NCBI GenBank assembly: GCA_041746575.1
Contig: JBGTGT010000035.1
Location: 1 to 41,467 of the forward strand
Length of the DNA stretch: 41,467 nt
Source of the DNA: Microcystaceae cyanobacterium
Lineage (GTDB): Bacteria; Cyanobacteriota; Cyanobacteriia; Cyanobacteriales; Microcystaceae
Reading direction: 5' to 3'
The notes beneath the pieces were generated by a model. That model saw only the letters and a list, made by a program, of their open reading frames with translations. It did not search any database and was not told where the DNA came from. Below are positions 9,950 through 19,064 of the stretch, piece after piece. Position 1 is the first letter of the stretch, and each line of letters starts with the position of its first letter. Made by a program: the position numbers and the translations under genes.

Positions 9950-9987
9950 GCTTTAATAGCCTAACCCATCGTCAAAGCTATTAAAGC
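9950..9987. other. Perfect 11-bp inverted repeat (stem-loop) between the sulfotransferase and GT4
   Basis: GCTTTAATAGC-16 nt-GCTATTAAAGC, with no clear U tract. Confidence 0.6.
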
Positions 9988-10052
9988 TAAAAGCTTACTC
10001 AATTGCTCAGAATACGTAAATTGTCACCATTTCACGCCATTACCTTACACTT

Positions 10053-11312
10053 ATGCAAATTGGTTATCTAACCGGACAATATCCTAGGGCAACAGATACA
10101 TTTATTCAGCGAGAAATTGCAGCGTTACGTCAACTCGGATTTAACATTCAAACGTTTTCTGTGCGTCAACCGAGCGTAGATCACTTGGTGGGAGAAGAAC
10201 AGAAATCTGAACATGGGCAAACCTTCTATCTATTACCCCCTGATATTTTCCTTTTGCTCATTTCCCACCTAAAGCTCTTATCGACGGGCTTCTTCCGCTA
10301 TTTTAAAGCCCTAAGATTAGCATTTCAGACCAGTCAACTTGGGTTAAAAGGATTGATTTACCAGCTATTTTATTTTGCTGAGGCGGGCATTCTCGCCAGA
10401 CAACTTCAAACCTATAATATTCAACATCTTCACAATCATATTGCCGATTCCAGTTGCACGGTAGCGATGCTGGCTGCAGAATTGGGGGGTATCTCTTTTA
10501 GTTTTACCATTCACGGCCCCTATATCTTTTTTGAACCCCATCGTTGGTCTTTAGGTGAAAAAATTAAACGGGCTTTATTTGTCGCCTGTATTAGTGATTT
10601 TTGTCGCAGTCAGTGTATGTTATTCTCTCCCATGGACTGTTGGGCAAAGCTATATATCGTACATTGTGGGATTAATCCCGATTTATTTCAACCCGTTAAC
10701 CACACAGTCCGTGGCAATCGCTTGCTGTATGTGGGACGGTTGGCAACAGCGAAGGGCTTACCGATTCTCTTTGAAAGCTTGACTCAGTTAAAGGCGGTTT
10801 ATCCTGACTTATGCTTAACAGTGGTGGGAGACGGCGAAGATCGACCAGCATTAGAGCAGTTTGTTAGGGAACAAGGATTAAGCCAAAATGTTAAGTTTGT
10901 GGGCTATAAATCCCAAACAGAGGTGCGGCAGTATCTCAAAGAAACGGATATCTTTGTATTACCCAGTTTTGCCGAAGGTGTTCCTGTTTCCCTGATGGAG
11001 GCGATGGCGACAGGTGTACCCGTTATTGCAACCCGAATTGCGGGCATCAGTGAATTAGTCGAAGATGGTCAAAGCGGCTATCTGATCGCACCGGGCAATA
11101 TTGAACAGCTATCTGCTAAGATTGGTCACTTATATAATGATGCTGATTTAAGACAAAGATTCGGACAAGCAGGTCGTCGTTGGGTTTTACAAGCCTTCAA
11201 CATCAACCATGAATCTCATTGGTTATCAGAAATTCTTCATGCTACCCTTAACGGAGATTCCTTAGCCCCGCGTCCTTCTCTACCCCAATCTGAATCATTG
11301 TCTGTATTATGA
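10053..11312 (+). CDS. Glycosyltransferase family 4 (WcaL-like)
   Basis: YLTGQYP..TDTFIQREI, HLHNH, FTIHGP, YVGRL...KG, LPSFAEGVPVSLMEAMATG (ExxxxxxxE). Confidence 0.92.
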   Translation: MQIGYLTGQYPRATDTFIQREIAALRQLGFNIQTFSVRQPSVDHLVGEEQKSEHGQTFYLLPPDIFLLLISHLKLLSTGFFRYFKALRLAFQTSQLGLKGLIYQLFYFAEAGILARQLQTYNIQHLHNHIADSSCTVAMLAAELGGISFSFTIHGPYIFFEPHRWSLGEKIKRALFVACISDFCRSQCMLFSPMDCWAKLYIVHCGINPDLFQPVNHTVRGNRLLYVGRLATAKGLPILFESLTQLKAVYPDLCLTVVGDGEDRPALEQFVREQGLSQNVKFVGYKSQTEVRQYLKETDIFVLPSFAEGVPVSLMEAMATGVPVIATRIAGISELVEDGQSGYLIAPGNIEQLSAKIGHLYNDADLRQRFGQAGRRWVLQAFNINHESHWLSEILHATLNGDSLAPRPSLPQSESLSVL

Positions 11313-12661
11313 CCTCTTCCCTTAAGAATCTCGCCGTTAAAGGTACGGCTTGGACAATTCTAGGCTATGGCGGTAGTCAATTACTGCGCTTTGGCGGTAA
11401 TATCATTCTCACTCGCTTACTTGTGCCGGAATACTTCGGTTTGATGGCGATTGTTAATGCCATTCGCATGGGATTAGAGTTATTTTCGGATATCGGTATT
11501 GCCCAAAATGTGATTCGCAGTAAGCGAGGCGATGACCCTGATTTTTTGAATACAGCATGGAGTATTTCCATTTTACGAGGATTCGCCCTGTGGATTGCTC
11601 TGCTCCTACTCGCTTGGCCGATCGCTCGTTTTTACCAAGAACCCACTCTGTTTCAAATTCTTTTGGTCGTCAGTATTGCGACGCCGATCAATGGGGCTGT
11701 TTCAACCAAGCTTTATACCCTCAATCGCCACATGAAGCTAGGAAAGCTCACCTTAATCGAATTTTTATCCCAAACTCTAGGATTGGTTACGATGATTGCC
11801 ATTGCCTTTTTCTATCCCAGTATTTGGTCTCTGGTAATTGGCATTCTGGTTGGTCAGATCTTCCGAACGGTGGTCAGTTATGTGGCATTACCCGGTCATC
11901 ACCATCAATTTATCATTGAATCTAAGGCTAAACAAGAGATTATCGCCTTTGGACGTTGGCTTTTTCTGAGTAGTATTGTTGTATTCCTATCAGAGCAATC
12001 TGATCGCTTAATTTTGGGAAAACTCGTTCCTTTAGAAATTTTAGGGGTTTATACCGTTGCTTATACTTTTGCGGGTATTCCTCAACAAATTATGAAGAAA
12101 ATGAGTTTCAAAGTCATTTTTCCCCTTATTTCTAAACGAATTGACTTACCCCGGCGACAATTAAGGCAAAAATTAAATCATCAATGGTGGAAACTTCACA
12201 GCATCTTACTGTCTATTTTAGTGGTACTCGGTGGTTTTGGTGATATTATTATTCGTTTTCTCTACGATAGTCGCTACGATCAAGCCGCTTGGATGATGCC
12301 CATTTTGGCTTTAGGGGGGTGGTTCTCCGCCTTATTTTTTATGGCTGATTCTTGTGTTTTAGCCCTTGGTAAATCATTTTATAGCGCACAAAGCCGAATT
12401 TTTCGACTGTTAGCCGTAACCTTTGGTTTGGTTATAGGATTTAGGATGGGAGGAATTTTAGGGGCAATTATTGTAATTGCCTTAGGCGATGTACCCGCTT
12501 ATCTAGCCATTCAATATCGTATGCACAAAGAAGGATTAGGGTGTTTTTGGCAGGATATTCGTTCTACCTTGGTTTTTGTGCTTTTATTAGGCATTGTTTT
12601 TCTGATTCGCTCCTATTTAGGTCTAGGGTTACCTTTTGATTTTTTATCGTCTCCTTCGTAA
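11309..12661 (+). CDS. wzx: Wzx oligosaccharide flippase (PST/MOP family)
   Basis: Multiple TM segments; LTRLLVPEYFGLMA, FSDIGI, DRLILGK....LGVY motifs. ATGA overlap with the GT4 gene. Confidence 0.9.
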   Translation: MTSSLKNLAVKGTAWTILGYGGSQLLRFGGNIILTRLLVPEYFGLMAIVNAIRMGLELFSDIGIAQNVIRSKRGDDPDFLNTAWSISILRGFALWIALLLLAWPIARFYQEPTLFQILLVVSIATPINGAVSTKLYTLNRHMKLGKLTLIEFLSQTLGLVTMIAIAFFYPSIWSLVIGILVGQIFRTVVSYVALPGHHHQFIIESKAKQEIIAFGRWLFLSSIVVFLSEQSDRLILGKLVPLEILGVYTVAYTFAGIPQQIMKKMSFKVIFPLISKRIDLPRRQLRQKLNHQWWKLHSILLSILVVLGGFGDIIIRFLYDSRYDQAAWMMPILALGGWFSALFFMADSCVLALGKSFYSAQSRIFRLLAVTFGLVIGFRMGGILGAIIVIALGDVPAYLAIQYRMHKEGLGCFWQDIRSTLVFVLLLGIVFLIRSYLGLGLPFDFLSSPS

Positions 12662-12691
12662 GGAAGTCCTCACACACTGATTACTGACGAC

Positions 12692-15082
12692 ATGAGTTAC
12701 CGAATCCTCTGGGCTGTAGTTGCTTTTCTGTTTGCGATTATCCTGCCGAGTTGTACTACAGTTTACGGCTCTTGGCTTCACCTAGCGACGGTTATATCCT
12801 CTGAAGCCTCTTCTCTGACACCCATCACCCACCTTTATACCGTTTCGCCTAATCTTATTGCCCTTCAAATTCGAGTCGGAGAAATCACCAGAGGGCAACA
12901 AATGCCCTATCAACCGCTTCCGCAAGACCGTATCAACGAAAAAGGCTGGATTCAGCGTAAAGGTCAATTTATTGGCTATTTAGTGGATGCAGATCGTTCA
13001 ATCATGCGGACGTTAGATCAATTTCAGGGCGTTGATCTCGCCGATGAATGGTTAGAAACGCCCTCTAATTATCAAATCATCTCCCCTAAAGATCCCACCT
13101 ATGACCAAGCTAAATCCCCTATCACCATTCGGCACAAAGTCAAGCCGCTAGGAATCGCTGAAATAAATCCTTATCAGTTTAAATCTCCAGAAAATCACAC
13201 AATTTACTTACAATTGCCCTATCCTTTAAAGCAAGGATATCCCTATCAACTAAAATTTCAAGGCAATGTTCTTCAAAATACCGCTTTTATCTATGATCCA
13301 GCCAAAATTCGTAGCGAAGCTGTTCACGTCTCTCAATTAGGTTTTCATCCCCATGATCCGGCCAAAGTTGCTTTTCTTTCCACATGGATGGGGATTGACG
13401 CCGGGGTTAATTATAAAGAAACGAAGAAATTCTGGTTAATTGATAGCGCAACGGGTCAAAAAGTCTATCAAGGAGATATTCAATTATCTAAAGTTCAGTA
13501 TGAAAACGAAGATAAGCGCAAACGCAACTATAACGGTACAGATGTTTATCTCATGGATTTCAGTGACTTCCAGCAAATGGGGAAATATCAAGTATTGGTT
13601 GAGGGAGTAGGTACATCTTTTCCCTTTGAAATTGGACAGAAAACGTGGGAAAAAGCCTTTTATACGTCTGTGCGAGGATTTTATCATCAACGCAGTGGCA
13701 TTGCCCTACAAAAACCCTATACCGATTATGAGCGGCCACGCACCTTTCATCCCGATGATGGGGTCAAGGTTTATCAATCAACGATTCCCTTGATGGACAC
13801 CAATATGGGGTTAAATTTGGCAAATGTTTCCGCCTTTGAGGGACTAATTGCCACCCGAACCAATGTAACTGTTCCAGAGGCGTGGGGAGGCTGGTTTGAT
13901 GCCGGAGATTGGGATCGCCGTATTCAGCACTTAAACGCTAGTCGCTTATTACTGGAATTAGTGGCGAGTGATCCAGACTATTTTAAAAAGTTGAACCTTA
14001 ATCTGCCCGAATCTCAGAATTCAATTCCCGACGAAGTAGATGAAGCGTTATGGGGATTGGCGGTATTTAAACGGTTACAAACCCCAGAAGGAGGTATTCG
14101 CGGTGGCATTGAGTCTGCCGGCCATCCCAAAAAGTTTGCTGCCAGTTGGCAAGAATCCCAAACGGTGATGGTGTACGGCCCCGGTATTTGGTCAAGTTAT
14201 ATTTATGCGGGGGTGGCGGCGCGGGCGGCTGATGTTCTCAGATCCTATGAGCCAAAATTAGCCAAAGAATACGCTAAAAGTGCAGAAAAAGCGATGAAAT
14301 GGGCAGAAAAAGAGTATGCTGCTTATACAGGTCGCTTGAGTGTCGAGATTGATAACGAACGCAATTTGGCGGCGGCTGAATTATATCGCCTAACGGGGGC
14401 AAAGCAATGGCATCAGATTTTTCTAGATACAACGATTTTCACCAAGCCAGGCGTTAAACTCTTCCAATCCCCGAAAACCCGACAGGAAAATGCCGCTTTT
14501 GTCTATGTGCAAACCCGTCAACCTTCTGTAGATTCTGTTATTCAAGATAATGCCCGACAGGCCATTTTACGGGAAGCGAATACCCAAATCGCTTGGCTAG
14601 AGCAAACGGGCTTCAAGTGGTACAAACATCCCAATGCGCCTTTAGGATGGGGAAACTCTCTAGGGAAACCCGAAGCAATTACCCTGATCCGCGCTCATCA
14701 GCTAACAGGAGACGCGGTGTATCTGAGAGCGATTATTTTAGCGACCCAGTTTTCTGCTGGGGCTAATCCTGATAATCTCGTTTATACCACGGGATTGGGG
14801 CAACGGTCTCCCCAAGAACCCCTGATGGCCGATGTGCAAGCGATGGGGATCAACCCTCCGCCCGGTATTACGGTTTATGGACCTCTAGATAATCCTCATC
14901 AATGGAAGCGCGTTTTTAATTTGTTTGCTGAGTCGGTGTCTCCTTGGCCGTCACTTTGGCCGACAACGGAGGGTTATTTTGATGTCTCTCGGTATGTTCC
15001 TGCGACGGAATTTACGATTTATCAAACCCTTGCGCCAACAGCTTATGCTTGGGGTTATTTAGCGGCAGTCAATCGTCATTAG
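12692..15082 (+). CDS. Secreted glycoside hydrolase family 9 protein with N-terminal Ig-like domain
   Basis: N-terminal hydrophobic signal (ILPSC, lipobox-like), VHVSQLGF.P..PAKVA, YHQRSG, GGWFDAGDWD catalytic-base motif, AAAELYRLTG, GANP...YTTGLG, C-terminal TEFTI Glu. Confidence 0.88.
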   Translation: MSYRILWAVVAFLFAIILPSCTTVYGSWLHLATVISSEASSLTPITHLYTVSPNLIALQIRVGEITRGQQMPYQPLPQDRINEKGWIQRKGQFIGYLVDADRSIMRTLDQFQGVDLADEWLETPSNYQIISPKDPTYDQAKSPITIRHKVKPLGIAEINPYQFKSPENHTIYLQLPYPLKQGYPYQLKFQGNVLQNTAFIYDPAKIRSEAVHVSQLGFHPHDPAKVAFLSTWMGIDAGVNYKETKKFWLIDSATGQKVYQGDIQLSKVQYENEDKRKRNYNGTDVYLMDFSDFQQMGKYQVLVEGVGTSFPFEIGQKTWEKAFYTSVRGFYHQRSGIALQKPYTDYERPRTFHPDDGVKVYQSTIPLMDTNMGLNLANVSAFEGLIATRTNVTVPEAWGGWFDAGDWDRRIQHLNASRLLLELVASDPDYFKKLNLNLPESQNSIPDEVDEALWGLAVFKRLQTPEGGIRGGIESAGHPKKFAASWQESQTVMVYGPGIWSSYIYAGVAARAADVLRSYEPKLAKEYAKSAEKAMKWAEKEYAAYTGRLSVEIDNERNLAAAELYRLTGAKQWHQIFLDTTIFTKPGVKLFQSPKTRQENAAFVYVQTRQPSVDSVIQDNARQAILREANTQIAWLEQTGFKWYKHPNAPLGWGNSLGKPEAITLIRAHQLTGDAVYLRAIILATQFSAGANPDNLVYTTGLGQRSPQEPLMADVQAMGINPPPGITVYGPLDNPHQWKRVFNLFAESVSPWPSLWPTTEGYFDVSRYVPATEFTIYQTLAPTAYAWGYLAAVNRH

Positions 15083-15179
15083 TTTTAACTTTTTTGGAGT
15101 TTTTGATTGGGTATTCAAGTCACGTTATGTCCAACTAGTTTGTTGTTTTTTGACCGATTATTTCACAAATAAATAGGGG

Positions 15180-15207
15180 TTGACTAAACAAAAAATGTCA
15201 GTATAAT
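15180..15207 (+). promoter_or_regulatory. Near-consensus sigma70-type promoter upstream of the third sulfotransferase
   Basis: TTGACT-16 bp-TATAAT in an AT-rich intergenic region. Confidence 0.6.
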
Positions 15208-15336
15208 TAGCGATTAGAGAAATAGCATTTTTAGATCAAGGCTAAGTAAACAAAAGCTAATAAAGACATAAAGTCGCCAATTCTATTGCTATTAAATTCT
15301 GTTGAAAATCTATTACACATATTAACTCTAATTGTT

Positions 15337-16359
15337 ATGATGACACTAGAACCCAAAATTGCTGAAAAATATGCCTTGATTGTCGGCAATGGCCGCTCAG
15401 GCAGCAACTGGCTCGTCGATATTTTTGATGCCAGTCCTTTCACTCATTGTCGTCTTTCACCTTGGCTGGTTTCTAATTCTTCCTATCATCAATTATTAAC
15501 CCCAACCGAACTTGCCCAAGATGATTCAGCAATGGCTCAGAAATGGGAAGAATTTATTAGCTCAAGTCGGATTCGTAGAGGGGCCAGAGATCAGATGATT
15601 GAAACTCCCAAGCATCATATTCATCCCATTGCTCAAAATTTAGGAATTTCTTATCATTTGATGCGTCCCAAAGTGCGCAAAATTCTGAGTGTGATGTTTC
15701 CAGAACTCGTCGAAGACGAATGGGTAATGCCTGACTGGATGGGAGACTTAGAAAAACTAAAACAAGCTTATGCCATCATTAAAATTGACTCCCCAGAGAT
15801 TTCATGGATTACCCAATGGGTGGTTGAAAACCGTCCTCAAGTTCCTATTCTACATCTTATTCGGCACCCAGGCGGTTTCTTGAATTCAGGAATTTCGCGT
15901 TTTTTTTCCCAACTTGATACGGCTAAAACTGAATCTGAAATACGACTCTATAAAGGAACACTCAGAACCGCCGTGTCGTTAGAGCCAGAATGGTCTAGTA
16001 TTATTGGCGATATTGAAGCCATGAGCTTGATAGAAAGTGTGATGTGGTTTTGGCGTTACAGTAACGAAAAAATTTATCTAGCGGGCCAAGGGAAACCGTC
16101 TTATATGCGTATTGTTTACGAGAATCTAGCAGAAAATATCTTATCACAGGCAAAAGAAATTTATGCGTTTTGTGGGTTACCTTGGGACAAAATGACAGAA
16201 AACCGAATTATTGAAGGCTCAAAGGAAACTCGTTGGGAAAAACTATCCGGTACTTCCATTGACGTTTCTAAAGCTTGGGAGAAGAAACTGACGCCAGAGC
16301 ATAAGTTACTGGTAGAGAAGGTTTTAGCCGGTAGCGTTATGCAAGATTGGTGGGATTAA
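15337..16359 (+). CDS. Sulfotransferase, paralog of 2369..3424
   Basis: IVGNGRSGSNWL, ETPKHHIHP, HLIRHPGG, VYENL; colinear similarity to the first copy through to the C-terminal MQ.WW. Confidence 0.8.
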   Translation: MMTLEPKIAEKYALIVGNGRSGSNWLVDIFDASPFTHCRLSPWLVSNSSYHQLLTPTELAQDDSAMAQKWEEFISSSRIRRGARDQMIETPKHHIHPIAQNLGISYHLMRPKVRKILSVMFPELVEDEWVMPDWMGDLEKLKQAYAIIKIDSPEISWITQWVVENRPQVPILHLIRHPGGFLNSGISRFFSQLDTAKTESEIRLYKGTLRTAVSLEPEWSSIIGDIEAMSLIESVMWFWRYSNEKIYLAGQGKPSYMRIVYENLAENILSQAKEIYAFCGLPWDKMTENRIIEGSKETRWEKLSGTSIDVSKAWEKKLTPEHKLLVEKVLAGSVMQDWWD

Positions 16360-16399
16360 AATCAAGGTCAGTTTGCAACTTGAGGAATGATCGATTGAA

Positions 16400-17620
16400 C
16401 TATTTTTCTGAAGAAGAAGATCGATCAGTCCGTACCCAAATGGCCTGCGGTTTTACTAAAAATTTGAGATAAAGAGGAATTTTACCAAGCATATAGCCAA
16501 CAACGGAGAGCAAGTGGCGTAAAGGCACCTCAATGCGAGCAAACCGCCACCAAGCTAATCCTATCGCCAAAAAAAGAAGTCCGCCTGATACTAAGACTAA
16601 AGTTAAACTGATGCTTCCTAATCCGATTAAATGAGCGCAGAAAGTAACAAATAGGGCGATCAGCCACAGCATAACGAGTAAAGATAAGGGCGGAATAGAT
16701 AAATCAAGGGCAAGGGCGAGTAAATCCCCGCGACCCTGTTTTAAGGCTTGTCCTAATAAACGGGGCCAATAACTTCGGAGAACTTGCAGATGGCCATGTT
16801 CCCAGCGAGTCCGTTGACTGACGGTTGCATCTTGACTTTGGGGTAATTGGCCGATTACCCGTACTTGGGGGCAAAGCAGAGGAGGATACCCAGCAATAGC
16901 AAGGTCAAAGCCTAACTTCATATCTTCGACAATGTGTCCACTGGCAAGATCAACCTTATTGATGACTGACCAAGGAAAAGCCATACCAGTGCCAAATAAG
17001 AGACTGGGAAGACCTAATTTGAGTAATCCGAGGGGGCGAATCCAATTTTTGAGTTTAATGGCGAACGCTGAAACTAACGATTTTGAGGTAGGGGGGTTAG
17101 GGGTTTCAAAGAGATAAACCGCTTGGCTGGGTCGTCCTGTTTGTAAGGATTGGGCGGCCAGTTGTTGTAAAGATCCTTCGGTAACGTAGCCATCGGCATC
17201 CATCATAACAAGGATATTAGGGGGATGAGCGGCTAAGGCTTGCAGACCAAAATCGAGGGCGTAACCTTTACCCCGTCGTTGTTCGTCCTGACGTTCTATC
17301 ACTTCTGCGCCCTCTTGTCGGGCGATCGCTGCGGTTTCATCGGTGCAGTTATCGGCAATCACCAGTAGCCGGTCTTGGGGACGTAATTGAGCTTGAAGAC
17401 TTCGGAGAACGGGGGCAATGCCCTCTGCTTCATTATGGGCAGGGATAAGCACGGCTAAAGAAGAAGATTCTGCTAAAACAGCTTGGGAACGGGGCGGTAA
17501 GGGGGTTAGACTGGCCATGGCACTTTCAACGAAGAGAATTCCCATCGGAATTAATAAGGCGATCGCCACCATCAATAATAATTTTGATAAACTGAATAGG
17601 AGAATTGCATCCATTTTCAC
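16400..17620 (-). CDS. Membrane-bound glycosyltransferase family 2
   Basis: LIPAHNE, IADNCTD, GKGYAL, MDADG, HIVED, QRTRW (QxxRW), N- and C-terminal TMs. Start is GTG 17620 or ATG 17614. Confidence 0.9.
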   Translation of the reverse strand: MKMDAILLFSLSKLLLMVAIALLIPMGILFVESAMASLTPLPPRSQAVLAESSSLAVLIPAHNEAEGIAPVLRSLQAQLRPQDRLLVIADNCTDETAAIARQEGAEVIERQDEQRRGKGYALDFGLQALAAHPPNILVMMDADGYVTEGSLQQLAAQSLQTGRPSQAVYLFETPNPPTSKSLVSAFAIKLKNWIRPLGLLKLGLPSLLFGTGMAFPWSVINKVDLASGHIVEDMKLGFDLAIAGYPPLLCPQVRVIGQLPQSQDATVSQRTRWEHGHLQVLRSYWPRLLGQALKQGRGDLLALALDLSIPPLSLLVMLWLIALFVTFCAHLIGLGSISLTLVLVSGGLLFLAIGLAWWRFARIEVPLRHLLSVVGYMLGKIPLYLKFLVKPQAIWVRTDRSSSSEK

Positions 17621-17709
17621 TTAACCTAACGATGACATTTTTCTAGGCGTATTGTATCATGACATACTCATAAAAAAGATGTTAAAGTGGAGTATTTCTC
17701 ACATTTTTT

Positions 17710-18960
17710 ATGAAAAAGCTAATCTTAAAGAAGGGAACAATCAGACAATTAGAGTTTATCTTAGCCGTTATTGGCTTGATGTTTTATACCGGTGCTTTAA
17801 CTTATTTTTTTCAAGTTATTGTAAAGCTAAGAATTCTCAATACGCTTATTCGATACTCGATTCTTCTGGTTTCCCTGCTAGGTATTGTTTTAAACCTCAA
17901 AGAAGCGAAAAAAGTTTGTTCGAGGGGATGGGTTGTGTTTCCTCTTATTATTTTATCGGTTCTTTCTTTTTTATGGTCTGCTAATCCGGGAGTTACGATT
18001 CAAAGTCTTCGTTCTGATTTTATTCCGATTAACTTATTTGCGATTTATTTGACCGTTCGTTTTTCGAGAGCATCTTGTTTTAAGCTTTTTTATCTTTCTG
18101 TTTTAATTATTTCTTTAATCTCCTTATTCTATGGTTTTTTCCTGCCCTCTATTGGCAGGCATCCGATCAATGATATTGCCTATCCTGGGGCGTGGAGAGG
18201 AATATTTGGCCACAAAAATGGTTTTGGTTATAACTTAACCTTAACAAACGTTTTTTTGGGGATTCAGTTTCTGGATTATCGTCATAAAAAACCGTGGATT
18301 AATTGGTTAATCTCAGGAATCCTGATGGCGGGAACGTTAGCCTCCGAATCCCTGTCTGCACTGGTTATTTCTGGTTTTGCGCTAGGAGTAACTTGGATCT
18401 ATTGCCGAAACTATCGCTGGCAAGGCAAACCCACCCTGCTCTTTTTGCAAATTTTTTTGATGTCCGTTGTTGCGATCAGTGTGATGATCTCTGTCTTCTG
18501 GAATCCCTTATTCACCGCCCTCGGCAAAGATCCCACCCTGTCGTCTCGTACCTTGATTTGGGACTATGTTCTGAGTAAAGTGGCGCAAAGTCCAATTCTG
18601 GGTTTTGGTAAATCGGCCTTTTGGAAAGTTCCCTATCTTTTTGTTGATATATGGCGAACGGCTCACCATGTTCCCCCCCATGCTCACAATGGCTATGTGG
18701 ATCTGTTGGCGGAACTGGGTTATGTGGGCTTATTTTGCTTTCTGATTGCGCTTATTCCCGTATTAATTAAGGTTTTGCGCCTAGCTTACGGCGCAGTTAA
18801 TATTTATGATATTTGGCCGCTCTCGTTTATGGTGGTTTTCTTGGTGGGCAACTATGTCGAAAGTGTTCTTCTGAGAGGGGCGAGTTTTTCTTGGTTAATT
18901 TTTGTCGTGATTGCCTGTTCGGATTTCAGTCGTCCTACCAATTTGTCAAGTTCAAAATGA
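17710..18960 (+). CDS. O-antigen ligase family / Wzy-like polymerase (ExoQ-like)
   Basis: About 12 hydrophobic segments; WRGIFGHKN, GKDPTLSSRT.IW, PILGFG, HAHNGYVDLLAELG. Confidence 0.88.
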   Translation: MKKLILKKGTIRQLEFILAVIGLMFYTGALTYFFQVIVKLRILNTLIRYSILLVSLLGIVLNLKEAKKVCSRGWVVFPLIILSVLSFLWSANPGVTIQSLRSDFIPINLFAIYLTVRFSRASCFKLFYLSVLIISLISLFYGFFLPSIGRHPINDIAYPGAWRGIFGHKNGFGYNLTLTNVFLGIQFLDYRHKKPWINWLISGILMAGTLASESLSALVISGFALGVTWIYCRNYRWQGKPTLLFLQIFLMSVVAISVMISVFWNPLFTALGKDPTLSSRTLIWDYVLSKVAQSPILGFGKSAFWKVPYLFVDIWRTAHHVPPHAHNGYVDLLAELGYVGLFCFLIALIPVLIKVLRLAYGAVNIYDIWPLSFMVVFLVGNYVESVLLRGASFSWLIFVVIACSDFSRPTNLSSSK

Positions 18961-19064
18961 TGGGGAGAAGGGAAGAGTGGCTGATGAGTAATTTTCCGCT
19001 TTTGGGAAAAGTTACGTTAGCTTATAGTAATAGATTTTGTTGATTGTTTATTCTTTAATCATCT

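Noticed and set aside
12692..17620. GH9 plus QxxRW GT2 as a cellulose synthase (bcs) system
   Set aside because: The GT2 is only ~406 aa with no PilZ domain, there is no BcsB/BcsC, and the context is Wzx/Wzy.
17652..17984. 110-aa ORF overlapping the start of wzy
   Set aside because: Alternate frame of an AT-rich membrane-protein gene with a TTG start and no motif.
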